In this document: positions 13,061 through 25,915 of the stretch, piece by piece
How positions within the stretch are numbered: position 1 is the stretch's first letter
Layout of the letters: each line of letters starts with the position of its first letter
From: Octopus vulgaris
Lineage: Eukaryota
Direction of reading: 5' to 3'
DNA length: 64,000 bases
Assembly: GCA_951406725.2 (NCBI GenBank)
Contig: OX597827.1
Span: forward strand, 39,122,001-39,186,000
The notes under the pieces: model-generated
Database searches by the model: none
What the model was told of the DNA's origin: nothing
The model's input: the letters and a program-made list of their open reading frames with translations, nothing else
Program-made: the position numbers and the translations under genes

Positions 13061-13461
13061 CGAAGATAAAATAATTTATTTTCAATGAGATACAATAAAT
13101 GTTAACTAAAATTTAAAAAAAAATCTAACCTATATTTGAATCTTATTAGGTATTAGAGAGTGACCCTTTGTCCTAGCACAAAAATGATTTGTTGACAAAT
13201 TAGCTCCATCCTCTTCTAAGGGTGGAATTTAGGAACCTGTCTGTGTAATGCAAACTACCATGCTTGAACCACATCATCTCTCCTTGGCAGGCATCCATCA
13301 TATAAAGCTAAACTTGGCACTACAACAATTGCATAATTTGCCACAATTACATAATTTGTCTGCAAACTTCAAAATTTTATGATACTGTCCTTTATCAAAC
13401 ATATTCAACTGCCAAAATATTAAGTACCATTGCTGTTTATGCCTGTTATATTTACTTGCTT

Positions 13462-13783
13462 GGCACATGGCTCAGTGGTTAGAGCGTCAAGCTCACACTC
13501 ATAAGGTAGTGAGTTTGATTCCTGAAATAAAGTATCTTGAGCAAGACGCTTTATTTCACGTTGTTCCAGTTCACTCAGCAGTAGAAATGAGTTGCAATGT
13601 CATTGGTGCCAAGCTGTATCAGCCTTTGCCTTTTCCTTGGTTAACATTGGTGGTGTGAAGAGGGGAGGTTGGTATGCATGGATGACTGCTGGTCTTCCAC
13701 AAACAATCTTGTCTGGACTTGTGCCTCAGAGGAGAACTTTCTAGGTGTAATCCCATGGTCATTCATAACTGATAGGGATCCCC
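13462..13783 (+). mobile_element. SINE family C (tRNA-derived, CORE-like)
   Basis: A-box TGGCTCAGTGG, B-box gtttgattcc, cttgagcaagacgctttatttcac core; copies at 17858-18155(-), 27565-27790(+), variants at 26975-27292, 14480-14690, 47030-47240. Confidence 0.85.
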
Positions 13784-15364
13784 TTTTTATAGTGTCTCAC
13801 AAATTACTGAAGCTAATAACTACAACAATTTTTTACCAGTTCTTTTATTTGTTTCAGTCAGTAGACCATGGCCATGCTGGGGCACCACCTTGAAAGATTG
13901 AGTCCAACAAATTGACCCCAATACTTATTCTTTTCTTAAGCCTAGCACTTATTCAATTGGTCTCTTAGACTGAACTACTAAGTTACAGCAACATAAACAA
14001 ACTAACATCAGTTGTCAAGAGGAATAGGGATAAATACACCTATCATTCTATCTACATATATACATACATGTAAAAATGCATGCATGCACACACACACATA
14101 TACTACAGGATTCCGCAGTTTCTGTCTACCAAATTCACTCACATGGAATTGGTTAGCCCAGTGCTATAGTGAAGATACTTGCCCAAGGTTCCATTCAATA
14201 TAATAGAATTGAACTGGAAACAATGCAGTTGTAGCGTGAGCTTCACTTCCACACAGTTTCGCCTGTGTGATTACAAATTTTGAATTGTTAGCAAGTGCAC
14301 AGTCCATATCATTTTGATTGACATATGAGTGAATGGGTTACTCATGAGAGTGTTGGATAGAGGGGCCTTATGCCTTACTTTCTCACTACTTTCTCAGGCT
14401 CTCTGTGTACTGAGTTGAAATCGCATTAAGATCAATCCAGGATAGTTGTGGTTAGTCCACATTACTCTGTAAGAAGCATAAGGCTGGCCTCCCAGTTTCT
14501 CTGGCATATGTTTTCCTCCCTGGATGATATGCTGGTCCATTTTCACTCATTTCTACCAGCTGAATAGACTGGAGCAATAGGAAATGAAGTGTTTTGCTCA
14601 AGAACACAACACATTGCCTGGTTCAGGAATCAAAACCACAAACTTACGATCCTGAGCCCAACATCCTAACCACTAAGCCATGTGCTTCCAGGGTAGTGGA
14701 TAACAAAACTGCTGCCAAGCTGTATTGGATCTTGACTTTCCCTGTAGACAACATTAGTGAAACAAACATAAGGAAGTTTGCATGCAGTGAGAGCTTCTGA
14801 TCATCATTTAATGTTTGTATTCCATGTTGGTATGGGTTGGATGATTTGACAGGAGCTGGCTAGCCAGAGAGCTGCACTGGTTTCCAATTGTCTCTTTTGG
14901 CATGGTTTCTTTGGTTGGTATCCCCTTCCTAACGCCAACCACTTTACAGAGTGTATTGGGTACTTTTTATGTAGCACCAGCATCAGTTCTTACTATATGG
15001 TACCATCATGGGTGCTTTATACATGGCACTAGCATGGGTGCTTCATAACAACTTGTTCAGGCTTGTGCCTTGGAGAAGATCTTTCCAGATGTAAACTCTG
15101 TCTCACAAGAGAAACAGTCCACCCTGATACTGGGTGAAGAGCTACAGTTTATATATGCCCTACATAGGTACATGAAAATGTTATTTTGTTTAAGATATTT
15201 GAGATGTATCAGCAGTACAAAATCCATTTAAAGATAATCATATATGAAAAAAAAGACTTTTGATTAATATGTGGTTGTTTACATAAGGGTATATATTTGT
15301 GTGTACGCATTCTCCCTTTGTAACAGTGTTTTAAATTATATATTTAATAATAAGAAAAACTCAC

Positions 15365-15430
15365 CTGAATGGGAATAACATACAATATCTGATAATTAAG
15401 CCGACGAAATAGAGAATAGTTAACCGCACA
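15365..15430 (-). CDS. GPAT3/GPAT4: GPAT3/4 coding exon 6
   Basis: ttattatag|(S)VRLTILYFVGLIIRYCMLFPF+AG|GTGAGT; matches S.RLT..W..G..IRYC.L.P.R; 66 nt. Confidence 0.95.
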
Positions 15431-15830
15431 CTATAATAATAAAAAAAAAGTGCTGATTAGTTTACTACACATTGTATTAATTAGAAAATAGACAATATTT
15501 AACTGTACACTAATAATATTAATTAAAAAAATACAATATTTTACTGTAATGATAACAGCAATAATGATAAATAAAATTAGTTAACTGTACATTGTAAGAA
15601 TTAAGAGAGATTAGTTAACTGCAATTAGAAAATATTTAACTGAACACAATAGCAATTTTAAGAAAGAGATTATTTACTGCATTCTACAATGATTAAAAAA
15701 ACACAAAATAGAGATTAATTTACCTTTATTTTAAGTATTATTATAGAGTTCATTTAACTGATACTATAATATATTTTTTTAAATACAACAAAAAAAAAAC
15801 TAGAATTTATTTTTAACTAAATACTTTAAG
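15417..15830. repeat. Degenerate ~40-bp tandem array whose first unit overlaps the exon 6 acceptor
   Basis: About 11 recurrences of (tag)ttaactg(t)acactata followed by A-rich spacers. Confidence 0.75.
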
Positions 15831-16109
15831 CTTTGCTATAAAGTGATGTCTAACATGCTCAAGACACATGCAAGGAAATGGATATAGTCAGTTTATCAAC
15901 AACAGTACTTGACTTATACTTTAAGTATGGAGGTTGATATGATTAAGTATGCCACTCCTCTAAAATGTGAGATCATGTACCTGCTAAATACATAAATTTG
16001 AATGTGAAGCATAAAATAAATATCTTAAATATAATACCTGCTATTCTGCTGCCTATTTTTTTTCTCTATTATTATTATTATTATTATTATTGTTATTATC
16101 ATTATTATT

Positions 16110-17220
16110 ATTCATCTTCATTGTTTAACTTCTGCTTCTATGTTAGTATGGGTGGTACGGTTTGTCAGGAGCCAGCCAGGCAGAACCTGCACCAGATTTC
16201 TGTGATTGTTTTGGCAGGGTTTTTACAGCTGAATGTCCTTCCTAACACCAACCACTCAATAGAGTGGACTTAGTGCTTTTTACATGGAACAAGCACAGGT
16301 GGGGTAAGTAGTGCTTTTTACATGGTACAAGCACAGGTAAGATCAGTTTTGGCAAGGTTTTTACAGCTGGATGCCCTTCCAAACACCAATCACTTTACAG
16401 TGTGGTCTGGGTGCTTTTAAGTATCATCTGCACTGACAGGGTCACCAAATATTTACAAGACATAAAAAAAAAAACTTTCCAGAGGGGAGGAGGCATTAGA
16501 GGAGGTGATCTTTTGTTGGATGATGAGAGGTGAGATAGATACAGGTGTCTTGCTGTAGAGGAACTGCAAGGTTACCAGGTGAGAGAGAGAGAAAGATCAG
16601 GAATGAAGACAGAGGGAAGTGTAGGAGAAGGAGAGAGAGTGGGAGACAGCAGGATAGAGATGGTGGCAAAATGCCAGGCATACTCACAAGGAACAGGGAT
16701 CAGAATATAAATGGGATGGTTGAGTAAAGGAAGAGAGAGATAAAAATGGTGGCAAGTGCCAGGGCATATCCTTGAGGGTCAAATGCTATAATATAAATTG
16801 CAGGCTATTGCGAAAGGAGTATAATTAAAGATTTCGAATAAGTTGTGAAAGACCTGGGTATGTATAGAGTTGGGGATGGGGGCACCGTATAGCAATGATA
16901 CAGAGGAACAGGGGTGTGAGGATAGGATTGGGGAGTGAGAGCTAGGCATAGTGTATGAAGGAGTTACATATAGGTGGAACACACAAGTTGGGGGCTAGCA
17001 GATAGCAATAATAGAGTGAGACAGGGCATGTGGTTAATTTGGGGGGCAGATAGAGAGCAATGATACAGTGGCACAGGGCCAAGAGGACAGGATTGGGAGG
17101 TAATCAAAGTACATGAAGCAGAAATGTGAGGAAGAGAAGAAATGTAGTTTGGTTTGTTGTGGTAGAGTGGGTGAGAAGTTTTCTTGTTAAGTGTGGGCGG
17201 GACACACAGTGCATCTAGAA
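16110..17220 (-). mobile_element. Long family D retroposon copy (RTE-like tail plus purine-rich body)
   Basis: cagctggatgcccttcc(t)aacaccaaccact motif twice; similar inverted body at about 57860-58400. Confidence 0.6.
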
Positions 17221-17252
17221 CTCAGTTTTGCTGGTTGCTGTTGTTGTTATTA

Positions 17253-17485
17253 AGGCAGTGAGCTGGCAGAATCATTAACATGCTGGGCAAAATGTTTAGT
17301 GGTATTTTGCCTATCTTTACATTCTGAGTTCAAGTTTTGCAGAGATTGACTTTGCCTTTATCCTTTTGGGGTTGATAAAATAAGTACCAGTTGAGTACAG
17401 GGGTTGATGTAGTCAACTACATCCCTCCCCAAAATTTCAGGCTTTGTGTCTTTAGTAGAAAGGATTATTATTATCATTATTATTA
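17253..17485 (+). mobile_element. Family A SINE, full length
   Basis: ggcagtgagctggcagaatc ... gtagaaaggattattatt. Confidence 0.88.
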
Positions 17486-17857
17486 TTTCTTTGGTAGTTT
17501 CATGAAAGTTTCTACTGCACCACCCAATGTACTTCTACATTCCTAAGGTGTGTGCAGCATAGGGTTCTTATTTTTGTGGGGACTGGGGGAGAAAAGACTC
17601 CTCTCGGTGTACTGCATCAATTTGTTTTATTATGGAGGTTTAGTTTCTCGTTATATTCATGGATGTTCTGCTGTGCTTGGTGTGTTTAATATGAGTTGTT
17701 ATTTTACTGGATATTAATCTTGTAGAGATTTTTTTGTTTTAGATTATTAGGATTTAATTGTATTGTATTGAATCAAGCTATTCTATTGAATCAATAGTCT
17801 TTTGCACAAGATGTGGGTGTGTTCTTAGCAGAGTCATTTTTTGGACAGAGTAGTCTG

Positions 17858-18155
17858 AGACCCCCTTCAGTCATGACTGACCATGGGATTGCACCTAAAA
17901 AGTTACTCTCCCAGGCACAAGTCCAGGCAAAGTTGTTTATGGAAGACCAGCAGTCGCCTATGCATACCGGCCTCCCCTCTCCACGCCACCAGTATTATCA
18001 AAGGGAAAGGCAAAGGCCAATATAGTTTGACACCTGTGACGTCGCAACTCATTTCTACAGCTGAGTGAACTGGAGCAACGTGAAATAAAGTGTCTTGCTC
18101 AAGAACGCAACATGCAGCCTGGTCTGGGATTCAAGCTCAGAACCTCACAATCATA
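17858..18155 (-). mobile_element. Family C SINE
   Basis: Reverse complement of 13462-13783. Confidence 0.85.
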
Positions 18156-18196
18156 AGCTCGATGTTCTATGCACCTTCACAGGGTTGTAGTGTTGT

Positions 18197-18230
<34 letters not shown>

Positions 18231-18284
18231 GTCTTTGGTTGGTTGCAAAGATCCAAAAGAAATGTGAAGAATGAGATAAAATAC

Positions 18285-18339
18285 CTTATAAAGTGATACC
18301 CATCATTGTTTCGAGTTAAAAGGTTCCATGATTGAAGCT
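18285..18339 (-). CDS. GPAT3/GPAT4: GPAT3/4 coding exon 5
   Basis: tttaacag|(E)LQSWNLLTRNNDGYHFI+AG|GTATTT; conserved SWNLL.R motif; 55 nt. Confidence 0.95.
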
Positions 18340-19298
18340 CTGTTAAATTGAAAGAATACAAATATAAATACAAGACAAAATACACAAATTTATGACAGCA
18401 GGGCATTCACCCACACAGGTGAGATGGCAGCATGCTTATCTTTGTAACAGCAATGGCAGTGCACCTAGCTTCAAATGTCACACCACACCACCTCTCTCTA
18501 CCTCTTACATAACATCACCATCCTTCTTCCTTTTATATCACATCACTTCCTCACTTTTACATTACATCATCTCTGTCTCTATCATACCACCACTGCTGTT
18601 TCCCAAGTTAAAAGCATTTTCAAACGATTTTCTGGTTAAATATTACATCATAAGTAGGACAGAGAAAGCAGTTTTTCATGAATCATTTGTAGATAATTGA
18701 CTGTACTACTTCTTTTCTTTAAACATTAACCTTAGATCTGATATTCTCAATACTCAAAATGAAACCAACATTAGGGATAGATAAAATTTGTCAATATTTT
18801 AAAACCTTTACTAATATCCTTTTCATAATGATTCTAGATTAGGCTGAAACCCACTTATTTTGAGGGAAGGGTTCAATACTTGATGGGCATATATTTCATA
18901 GATCCTCAAAGGGCAAAAAGCAAAACTGATCCCAGCCAGAATTGAATTCAGGATGAAACTAGGGACATAATGCAAACACCTGAGAATTTACATCTCTGTT
19001 ACTTAATAATAAGTCAGATACTCTACAGAACCTGTCAACCACCACCCTCATCTACAGTTTTAGAAAAAGTAATCACAATTAAAAGCCAGGGTTCATTTCA
19101 GCCTTTTAAGCATTGCATCTGGGGTACTACTGTAAACAGTGTCTTTCTTTAGAGCAAGTCAGCATGGTGGAGCTATTCCTCCATAAGCTGTATCTCCAAG
19201 AGTATTTTGAACTCAGAAATCAATAGCATTAGGTACAAGTTATACATAAAACAGACTTGTGATACAAGGTCAAAAATTATGTGGGAGGAAACAGTTGC

Positions 19299-19484
19299 TT
19301 AATCCTTTAGCATTTAAATTGGTCAAATCTGACCAAAATATTCTATCTGTTTTATGGCTCAAGCTGGCCAGATCCTGCCTCTCACACCTACCCTATAATG
19401 TCATTGCAAATATAAATAAGCACACCAAAAAGTGAATAAATAGAAATTACATTTGACAGAGTAATCTGCATACTAAAGGGTTAA
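19299..19484. mobile_element. piggyBac-type MITE inserted in an old SINE
   Basis: TTAA TSD; ttaatcctttagcatt ... actaaagggttaa; SINE sequence resumes on both sides. Confidence 0.75.
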
Positions 19485-19760
19485 ATCAAGTACAATATTT
19501 TAAAAAGATGAAAAACATTGTTGACTTTAGTGCAATTTGAACTTAGAATGTAAAAAGGGATAGCTAAATGCAGCATTGTGCTACTGTTTCTGCCATTCCC
19601 TTGCCTTAATAATAGCTGATGTTTCCTTTTTATTGTAATGTACAAGTTTATCTTTAAACCAAAGTATATAAAAAAAAATCAATAATAGTAATAATGATAA
19701 CTGAATTTAAGTAATTTCACTGAAAAAAGAAATGGACAGAAATAAAGAAAAAAAACCTAC

Positions 19761-19803
19761 CTTCAGCTGTAAACCGGCTTGTAACATCATCCTCGATGAT
19801 GGC
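19761..19803 (-). CDS. GPAT3/GPAT4: GPAT3/4 coding exon 4
   Basis: ctccatcag|AIIEDDVTSRFTAE+G|GTAGG; matches the family I..DEVT.RF.AEE; 43 nt. Confidence 0.93.
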
Positions 19804-19872
19804 CTGATGGAGAATGTAAAAATTGAAATTAGCCATTTTATGTGACTTTGTTAACACATCTATATAACATGT

Positions 19873-19909
<37 letters not shown>

Positions 19910-20269
19910 GTGCATTCACAGATATATGTAATTGCTGTTTATGTCACGCATAAATAAACCTCTAACAAACTCAATACAGTTCCAGCACAAGGTTCTATGG
20001 GATGCTTTTATACATTTTGTACCACACAGACGAAACAAAAACGAAACTCATCTCTACTTCTTCTCACCCTTAATGCATTCAATCTCCCCTCCTCAACTCC
20101 TTACACAGCACTAACCCTTAAATTAAGCTCAGTCCCTTCTTTTCCAAAACATCGTCCCTTGATCATCCCAACACATATCTATGCCAGTAACTTTTAAACA
20201 ATATCTTTTTCATATAATTTTAAATAGCATTCGATTGAACACAGGGAAATTGGGAAATTCACCCTCTTT

Positions 20270-20360
20270 CTCTCTGATGAGTGGATGCATTACCTAATAA
20301 TGATTATCAATTTTAGATTCCATTTCTAAAGCTAATACACTCATGAAACGATCGTGAGAT
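20270..20360 (+). ncRNA. Hammerhead-ribozyme-like motif (type I, Penelope-type), probably inactive
   Basis: tct-CTGATGA-stem II (gtggatgcatta ... taatacactcat)-GAAA-palindromic ACGATCGT-G-aga; cleavage-site base is G instead of H. Confidence 0.6.
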
Positions 20361-21199
20361 ATTATAAACTTATTAACTTTTTAGATAATCATACTTTATA
20401 TATATATTTATACATCTATCTATTAATGTATTATTTTCGACGTATATCTTCTGTGATGATTTTTTGATGTAATATCCTGATCTTGATTTAAGATCTTCCT
20501 TTTCCACACCTTATTACAGCCAGTTACATTATACTACTTCAAAATAATCTTGACAAGTTTTATGACTATACCCACTATGATTCTGTCATCTCTCTCATGC
20601 CCTTTCCTAACAGACACTGCTCTATTGTCTTAGATTTTGATATACAAATATTTGATAAACTAGGGCTATAAATCATAACTGACCCCCAAAATCAGTGACA
20701 AGCTAGAACCCTAACAAGTTTCTCTTTTTCCCTGATGTCTTAGTAGCTTCTAAGCTGAAGTGAAAACAGCATGGATTTTGTCTGTCTTCCTACCCTCTTA
20801 GAGGATTTAAGTAAAATTATACAAATGTGTCTGACTGTTTAAATTAATTTTATTTATTTATGCAGCTTGATATAGTTGCGGTCTATTTATTTATTCATGC
20901 CTTCAATGCTGGCATAGGTTGGATGATTTGACAGGAGTTGGCCATGTAGAAGACTACACCAGCCTTCAGTGTCTGCTTTGGCAGGGTTTTTATGGCAGGA
21001 TGTCCTTCCTAACACCAACCAATCTGTAGAGTGAACTGAGTGCTTTTTAAACACACACAAAATTATAAAGACATAAACATGATTAAAGTCACTGAGATGT
21101 TTCTAGTTTAATCTGTCTCAAAACAAGGCAGTATTTCCCCATGGCTAGACATGCTTTCATGGAAGACTGGAAATAAGTAAAGAACCTCACTGGTATTAT

Positions 21200-21581
21200 T
21201 CTTTTACTTGTTTCAGTCATCTGACTGCGGCCATGTTGGAGCACTGCCTTTTAGTCGAACAAATCAACTCCAGGACTTATTCTTTGTAAGCATAGTACTT
21301 ATTCTGTCATTCTCTTTTGCCGAAGCGCTAAGTTACGGGGGCCTAAATACACTGGTATCAGTTGTCAAGCGATGGTGGGAGGACAAACACAGACACACAA
21401 TCATACACACACATACATATATATGATGGGCTTCTTTCAGTTTCTGTCTACCAAATCCACTCACAAGGCTTTGGTTGGCCTGAGGCTATAGAAGACAGTT
21501 GCCCAAGGTGCCATGCATTGGGACTGAACCCAGAACCATGTGGTTGGTAAGCAAGCTACTTACCACACAGCCACTCCTGCG
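21200..21581 (-). mobile_element. Family B SINE
   Basis: Aligns with 6366-6793. Confidence 0.88.
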
Positions 21582-22499
21582 TATAATGATGATGTTCATT
21601 TACAACCATCACGTGATGTCCACACACACACACACACACTTAAAATCAGCTGAAACTGTATATAAGTTACTGAAGAGTTAAGTTTTGTGCATACCACTTA
21701 CGCATAAAAAAACTTTTAGCCTTGAGTCCTTTATGTAACTTTTTAACCAATTAAAAAAATGTGTGTTTGTGTGTGTTTTTTTTTTTTTTTGAGTACTGAA
21801 CTAAATACATCAAAACATTTCAGAGAAATGTCTGAAATGTTTAATGTATTTTCGATTTTCCGTTCTTCATGGCAAATAAAACTGACCCCTTGTAATTTGT
21901 ATTTTTTTTTCTATAGTAAATAAATATAACCTTAGTAACAGCTTTATGCCCAATCAACAGAAAGTTAACATTCATCAGTATTAAACAAAATGTAAAATGC
22001 ACAAAAGATAAATAGTTGTTTTCTAAAATAAACAACTACTTGTTTTTTAGACATGTAAAGATATCTTTAAATATTTAATCCGTTACAGACAGAATAATCC
22101 AGCACAATAACCTCCATATATACACACAATGGAAAGTAATGTCCTTCACACATCAACTTAATCCTTTAAAAGTGTCAATATATGCCTAACATTGTCAGTG
22201 TATCGCCAAGACCGACATTACCCTGTAAACTTGAGCTTAAGGAAAACAAAACACACCTTTTCTTATCAAAGTAGTGAATGGCAAAATAACAGAGCAACGG
22301 ACTAAATGCCTTGTGGTACTTAGTAAAATCCATTTAAGATTTTAGCATTCAAATTTCATTAAAAGCCACTTTGCCTTTTATCTTTTTTGTTTGATGAAAC
22401 ATGTATTAGTCAAATACTATGGCCAACTTAAAATCTGCTGAGAGCCAATGTTAGAAATCATCATCATCATTATCATCATCATTATTATTATTATTATTA

Positions 22500-22945
22500 T
22501 TGTGGTGAGCTGGCAGAATCGTTAGCACACTGAATGAAATGCTTAGTGGTATTTCGCCCATTGCTGTATTCTGAGTTCAAATTCTGCTGAGGTCGACTTT
22601 GCCTTTCATCCTTTTGGGACCGATAAAATAAGTACCAGATGAACACTGGGGTCGAAGTAATTGGCTCATGCCCACCTCTTCCAAGTTGCCCTTGTGGCAA
22701 AAATTTGAAATAATAATAATAATAATTATTATTGTTAGCATGCCAGGCAAACTGCTTTGTGGCATTTCATCCGTCTTTACATTCTGGGTTCAAATTCTGT
22801 CAAGGTTGACTTTGCCTTTCATCCTTTTGGGGTCGATAAATTAAGTACCAGTCAAGTACTGGGGTTGATGTGATCGACTATCCCCTTCCCCACAAATTCC
22901 AGGCCCTGTGCCTATAGTAGAAAGGATTATTATTATTATTATTAT
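22500..22945 (+). mobile_element. Two tandem family A SINEs
   Basis: Head/core/tail motifs separated by (AAT)/(TAT) runs. Confidence 0.88.
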
Positions 22946-22949
22946 TTAT

Positions 22950-23250
22950 CCGACTCGTAGCCGATGCCAGCTCCGCCTCGTCTGGCTTCCGTACCGGTGG
23001 CACATAAAATACACCAATCCGACCGTGGCCGTTGCCAGCCTCGCCTGGCACCTGTGCAGGTGGCACGTAAAAAGCACCAACTACACTCACGGAGTGGTTG
23101 GCGTTAGGAAGGGCATCCAGCTGTAGAAACACTGCCAGATAAGACTGGAGCCTGGTGCAGCCTTCTGGCTTCCCAGATCCCCGGTCGAACCGTCCAACCC
23201 ATGCTAGCATGGAGAACGGACGTTAAACGATGATGATGATGATGATGACT
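22950..23250 (+). mobile_element. Family D retroposon with RTE-like 3' end, young copy
   Basis: ggttggcgttaggaagggcatccagctgtagaaac ... gcatggagaacggacgttaaac(gat)n; CpGs retained; inverted copies at 31275-31620 and 57020-57185. Confidence 0.8.
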
Positions 23251-23562
23251 AAGGGCAGAGTGAAAATATCTAAAAGAATTGGTAGAACACCACACAAACT
23301 GCCTTGCAATATTTAGTCATGTTCTGTGTTCTGTGTTCAAATCCTGCCCAGGTCAGGTTTGGCTTTCATCCTTCTAGTGGGTGGATAAAATAAAGTACCA
23401 TTCAAAGAACTGAAGTCAATTTAGTCGACTAACCTTTCACAAAAAATGTGTGGCCTTGCACCAAAAGATAGAAACCACTATTACTGCTGCTGTAATAGTG
23501 TTGTTGCTGAAGCAGCAGAGTGCCGAACCATATGCTTTAGTATATTTGATTTCACCTCTCTG

Positions 23563-23967
23563 TAGTGTTGCCAGATCAGTTTCATAAAAAGTAGCACAAA
23601 AATTTTTTTAAAGTAGTGGATTGATTTAGAATGCAGCCTAAATGAAAATTTTGCTAACAACCATACACAATATATATTATATATATATATATATAGCTTA
23701 TATATATGAGGCTATATATATATATATATATATACACACACATACAAACACATATATACATACAAACTTACACATACATACATACATACACAATTATCAG
23801 GATCGTCTATTGATCAATTCTAATTTATTTATTTTTTTCTTAATTTAAAGCAATAATTCGTAATAGTTGAAATTTTAAAGTAGCAGCCCAAATTGAATAC
23901 AAATTCCAGCATGCGGTCCAGTAAAGTACACATAATCTGGTCCCTGTAGCCTGATATGGCAACTCTA
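23563..23967. mobile_element. MITE with hAT-like terminal inverted repeats (TIRs)
   Basis: TAGTGTTGCCAGATCAG versus CTGATATGGCAACTCTA (15/17 complementary); TSD not recognisable. Confidence 0.6.
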
Positions 23968-24392
23968 TCCTTTAATGTTCAGATTTCAAATCCCATTGAG
24001 GTTTTTGAGAGAGGTAGGAGGTGGCACTTTGCCTACCTTTGTCTCTTCTCTTTAGAGTAAAGGAGGGTATTAAGAATAAGTGTCAATAAGGTATTGAGGT
24101 TAGCTAAATTTACTATACCCTTTAGTTGCATGAATTATCCTTCTATTAGTCTGAGTATCTAGCCTGCTCCCTGTAGTATAAATGGTAGATGGTATGTTCT
24201 GTGAGTAGATTTGGTACTGTTGGTGGTTAGCTTCAAGTCAACTCTGATCAAGAAGGCCAATAAGGCACCCTGTTTTTTACAATGTGCAGGCAACCCACAG
24301 CCATATTAATTAATGTTTTTCCCTAAAAAATTAGGTTGTAATTTATGAAAGATTTGGCAGCTATTTCTAACAGGGTGAATAACCATGTAGAT

Positions 24393-24641
24393 CAGTATTT
24401 TCAACCATTCTTTCATTTGTGGACTCCTTAAATTCCTATTTTACTAGGGTGGACCCCATAGCCATCCAATGTTTTAAAAAAATCTCATATTTTTACAATA
24501 AAATATTATAAAAAATTGTATGAAAAATATGTTAAAATATTTTGTGTACTGTAGAAGTATAAGCAATTTATTGCAGATAAATTTTAACAAAATCTTATGT
24601 GGACCCTCAAAGGTCATATGGACCCCAGTTGAGTACCATTG
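24393..24641. mobile_element. hAT (Charlie-like) MITE
   Basis: cagtattttcaac ... gttgagtaccattg termini; exact 8-bp TSD ATGTAGAT. Confidence 0.85.
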
Positions 24642-25877
24642 ATGTAGATCCTCTCTTGCTGGGTCAGGGATTGTTGGTATTTTAGGGAGTGAGGTGGTAA
24701 AACTAGTACCAAATTCAGTGACCTTCCTTTGGGTGAATTTAATTTCTGCCTTGGTTGGCTTCATCACATGTCTCTCTGGTATCAATAAAAAATAAATACC
24801 AGTCATGTACTAACATCCAACCAATTGACTATGCCACTCTCATACAACATCTGGCTTTGTGCCAGTGTGAGAAATTCTTTGGATAATCATGCAACAGGTA
24901 GCAGAATTCTCACCACTTGACTCATCATATAATCATTTGGTAGTAAAAACCATCAATATTATCATTATCACAAAGGTGGCGAGCTGGCAGAATCATTACC
25001 ATGCTGGGCAGAATACTTAGCAGTATTTTGTCCATCCTTATGTTCCGAGTTCAAATGCCGCCAAGGTCAACTTTGTCTTTCATCCTTTTGGTCTCACTTG
25101 ATCTACTAGAAATGGTAAGCAAATCCCTACTATCTTGCTTAGAGAGGGATGCACTGAATGATACAGACTTAAAAGCACAATACTGAGAAAAGGACAGGGT
25201 GATTATAGCTAGAACTCCATTCATTATAAGTCAGTTTCTGTAAAGCATTAGGAAAAAATGTCTTGAAGTGTTTGTTCCAGCTCTTTATATTCTGGTTAAC
25301 ATTGAAGGTAAATATATAAAAAAGGGTATGGGCCTAGCTGGAGTGTGTTTGATAAGTTCTCTTGGATAGGGTTGGGCTGACCTAATGCTAAACAAAAAAA
25401 AAAAAAGAAAAAGAAAACTATCACAAACACTAACCACAACTGAACCAATGAAGGAGCATCTGCATGACATCAATTATTAGAGATCTATTGAAACAGAACT
25501 GGCCTCAACGTAACCAGACTAAGTATGTTTATGTAAGATAATAAACTATATGCAGTGTGTAATGCCGTAATAAAATGTTTAATAGCACATGACTCAGGTA
25601 CATTAGGCCTACTTTCATTCACTAGAGTTTTAACACAATCCAATCTTCACAACAAGACTAAGTATGAATTCACTGCTAAGATGTTTGATATAATAAATGC
25701 AATGAAAAATATTTAAATAACAATTTGAGAGAGACAAGAACAAACCCATATAATGTATCTGTTGTATTATATCTAATATTGAGTAATAGAATGGCAGGCA
25801 CTCATTATCACCATCATCATCGTTTAACATCTGTCTCAAATTGGTGCTAATAAAGTCTAATATCAAGACTAAGTATA

Positions 25878-25915
<38 letters not shown>

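Noticed and set aside
13462-13525. tRNA-like sequence with A and B boxes
   Set aside because: SINE head; no cloverleaf or acceptor stem, and it continues into the repeat body
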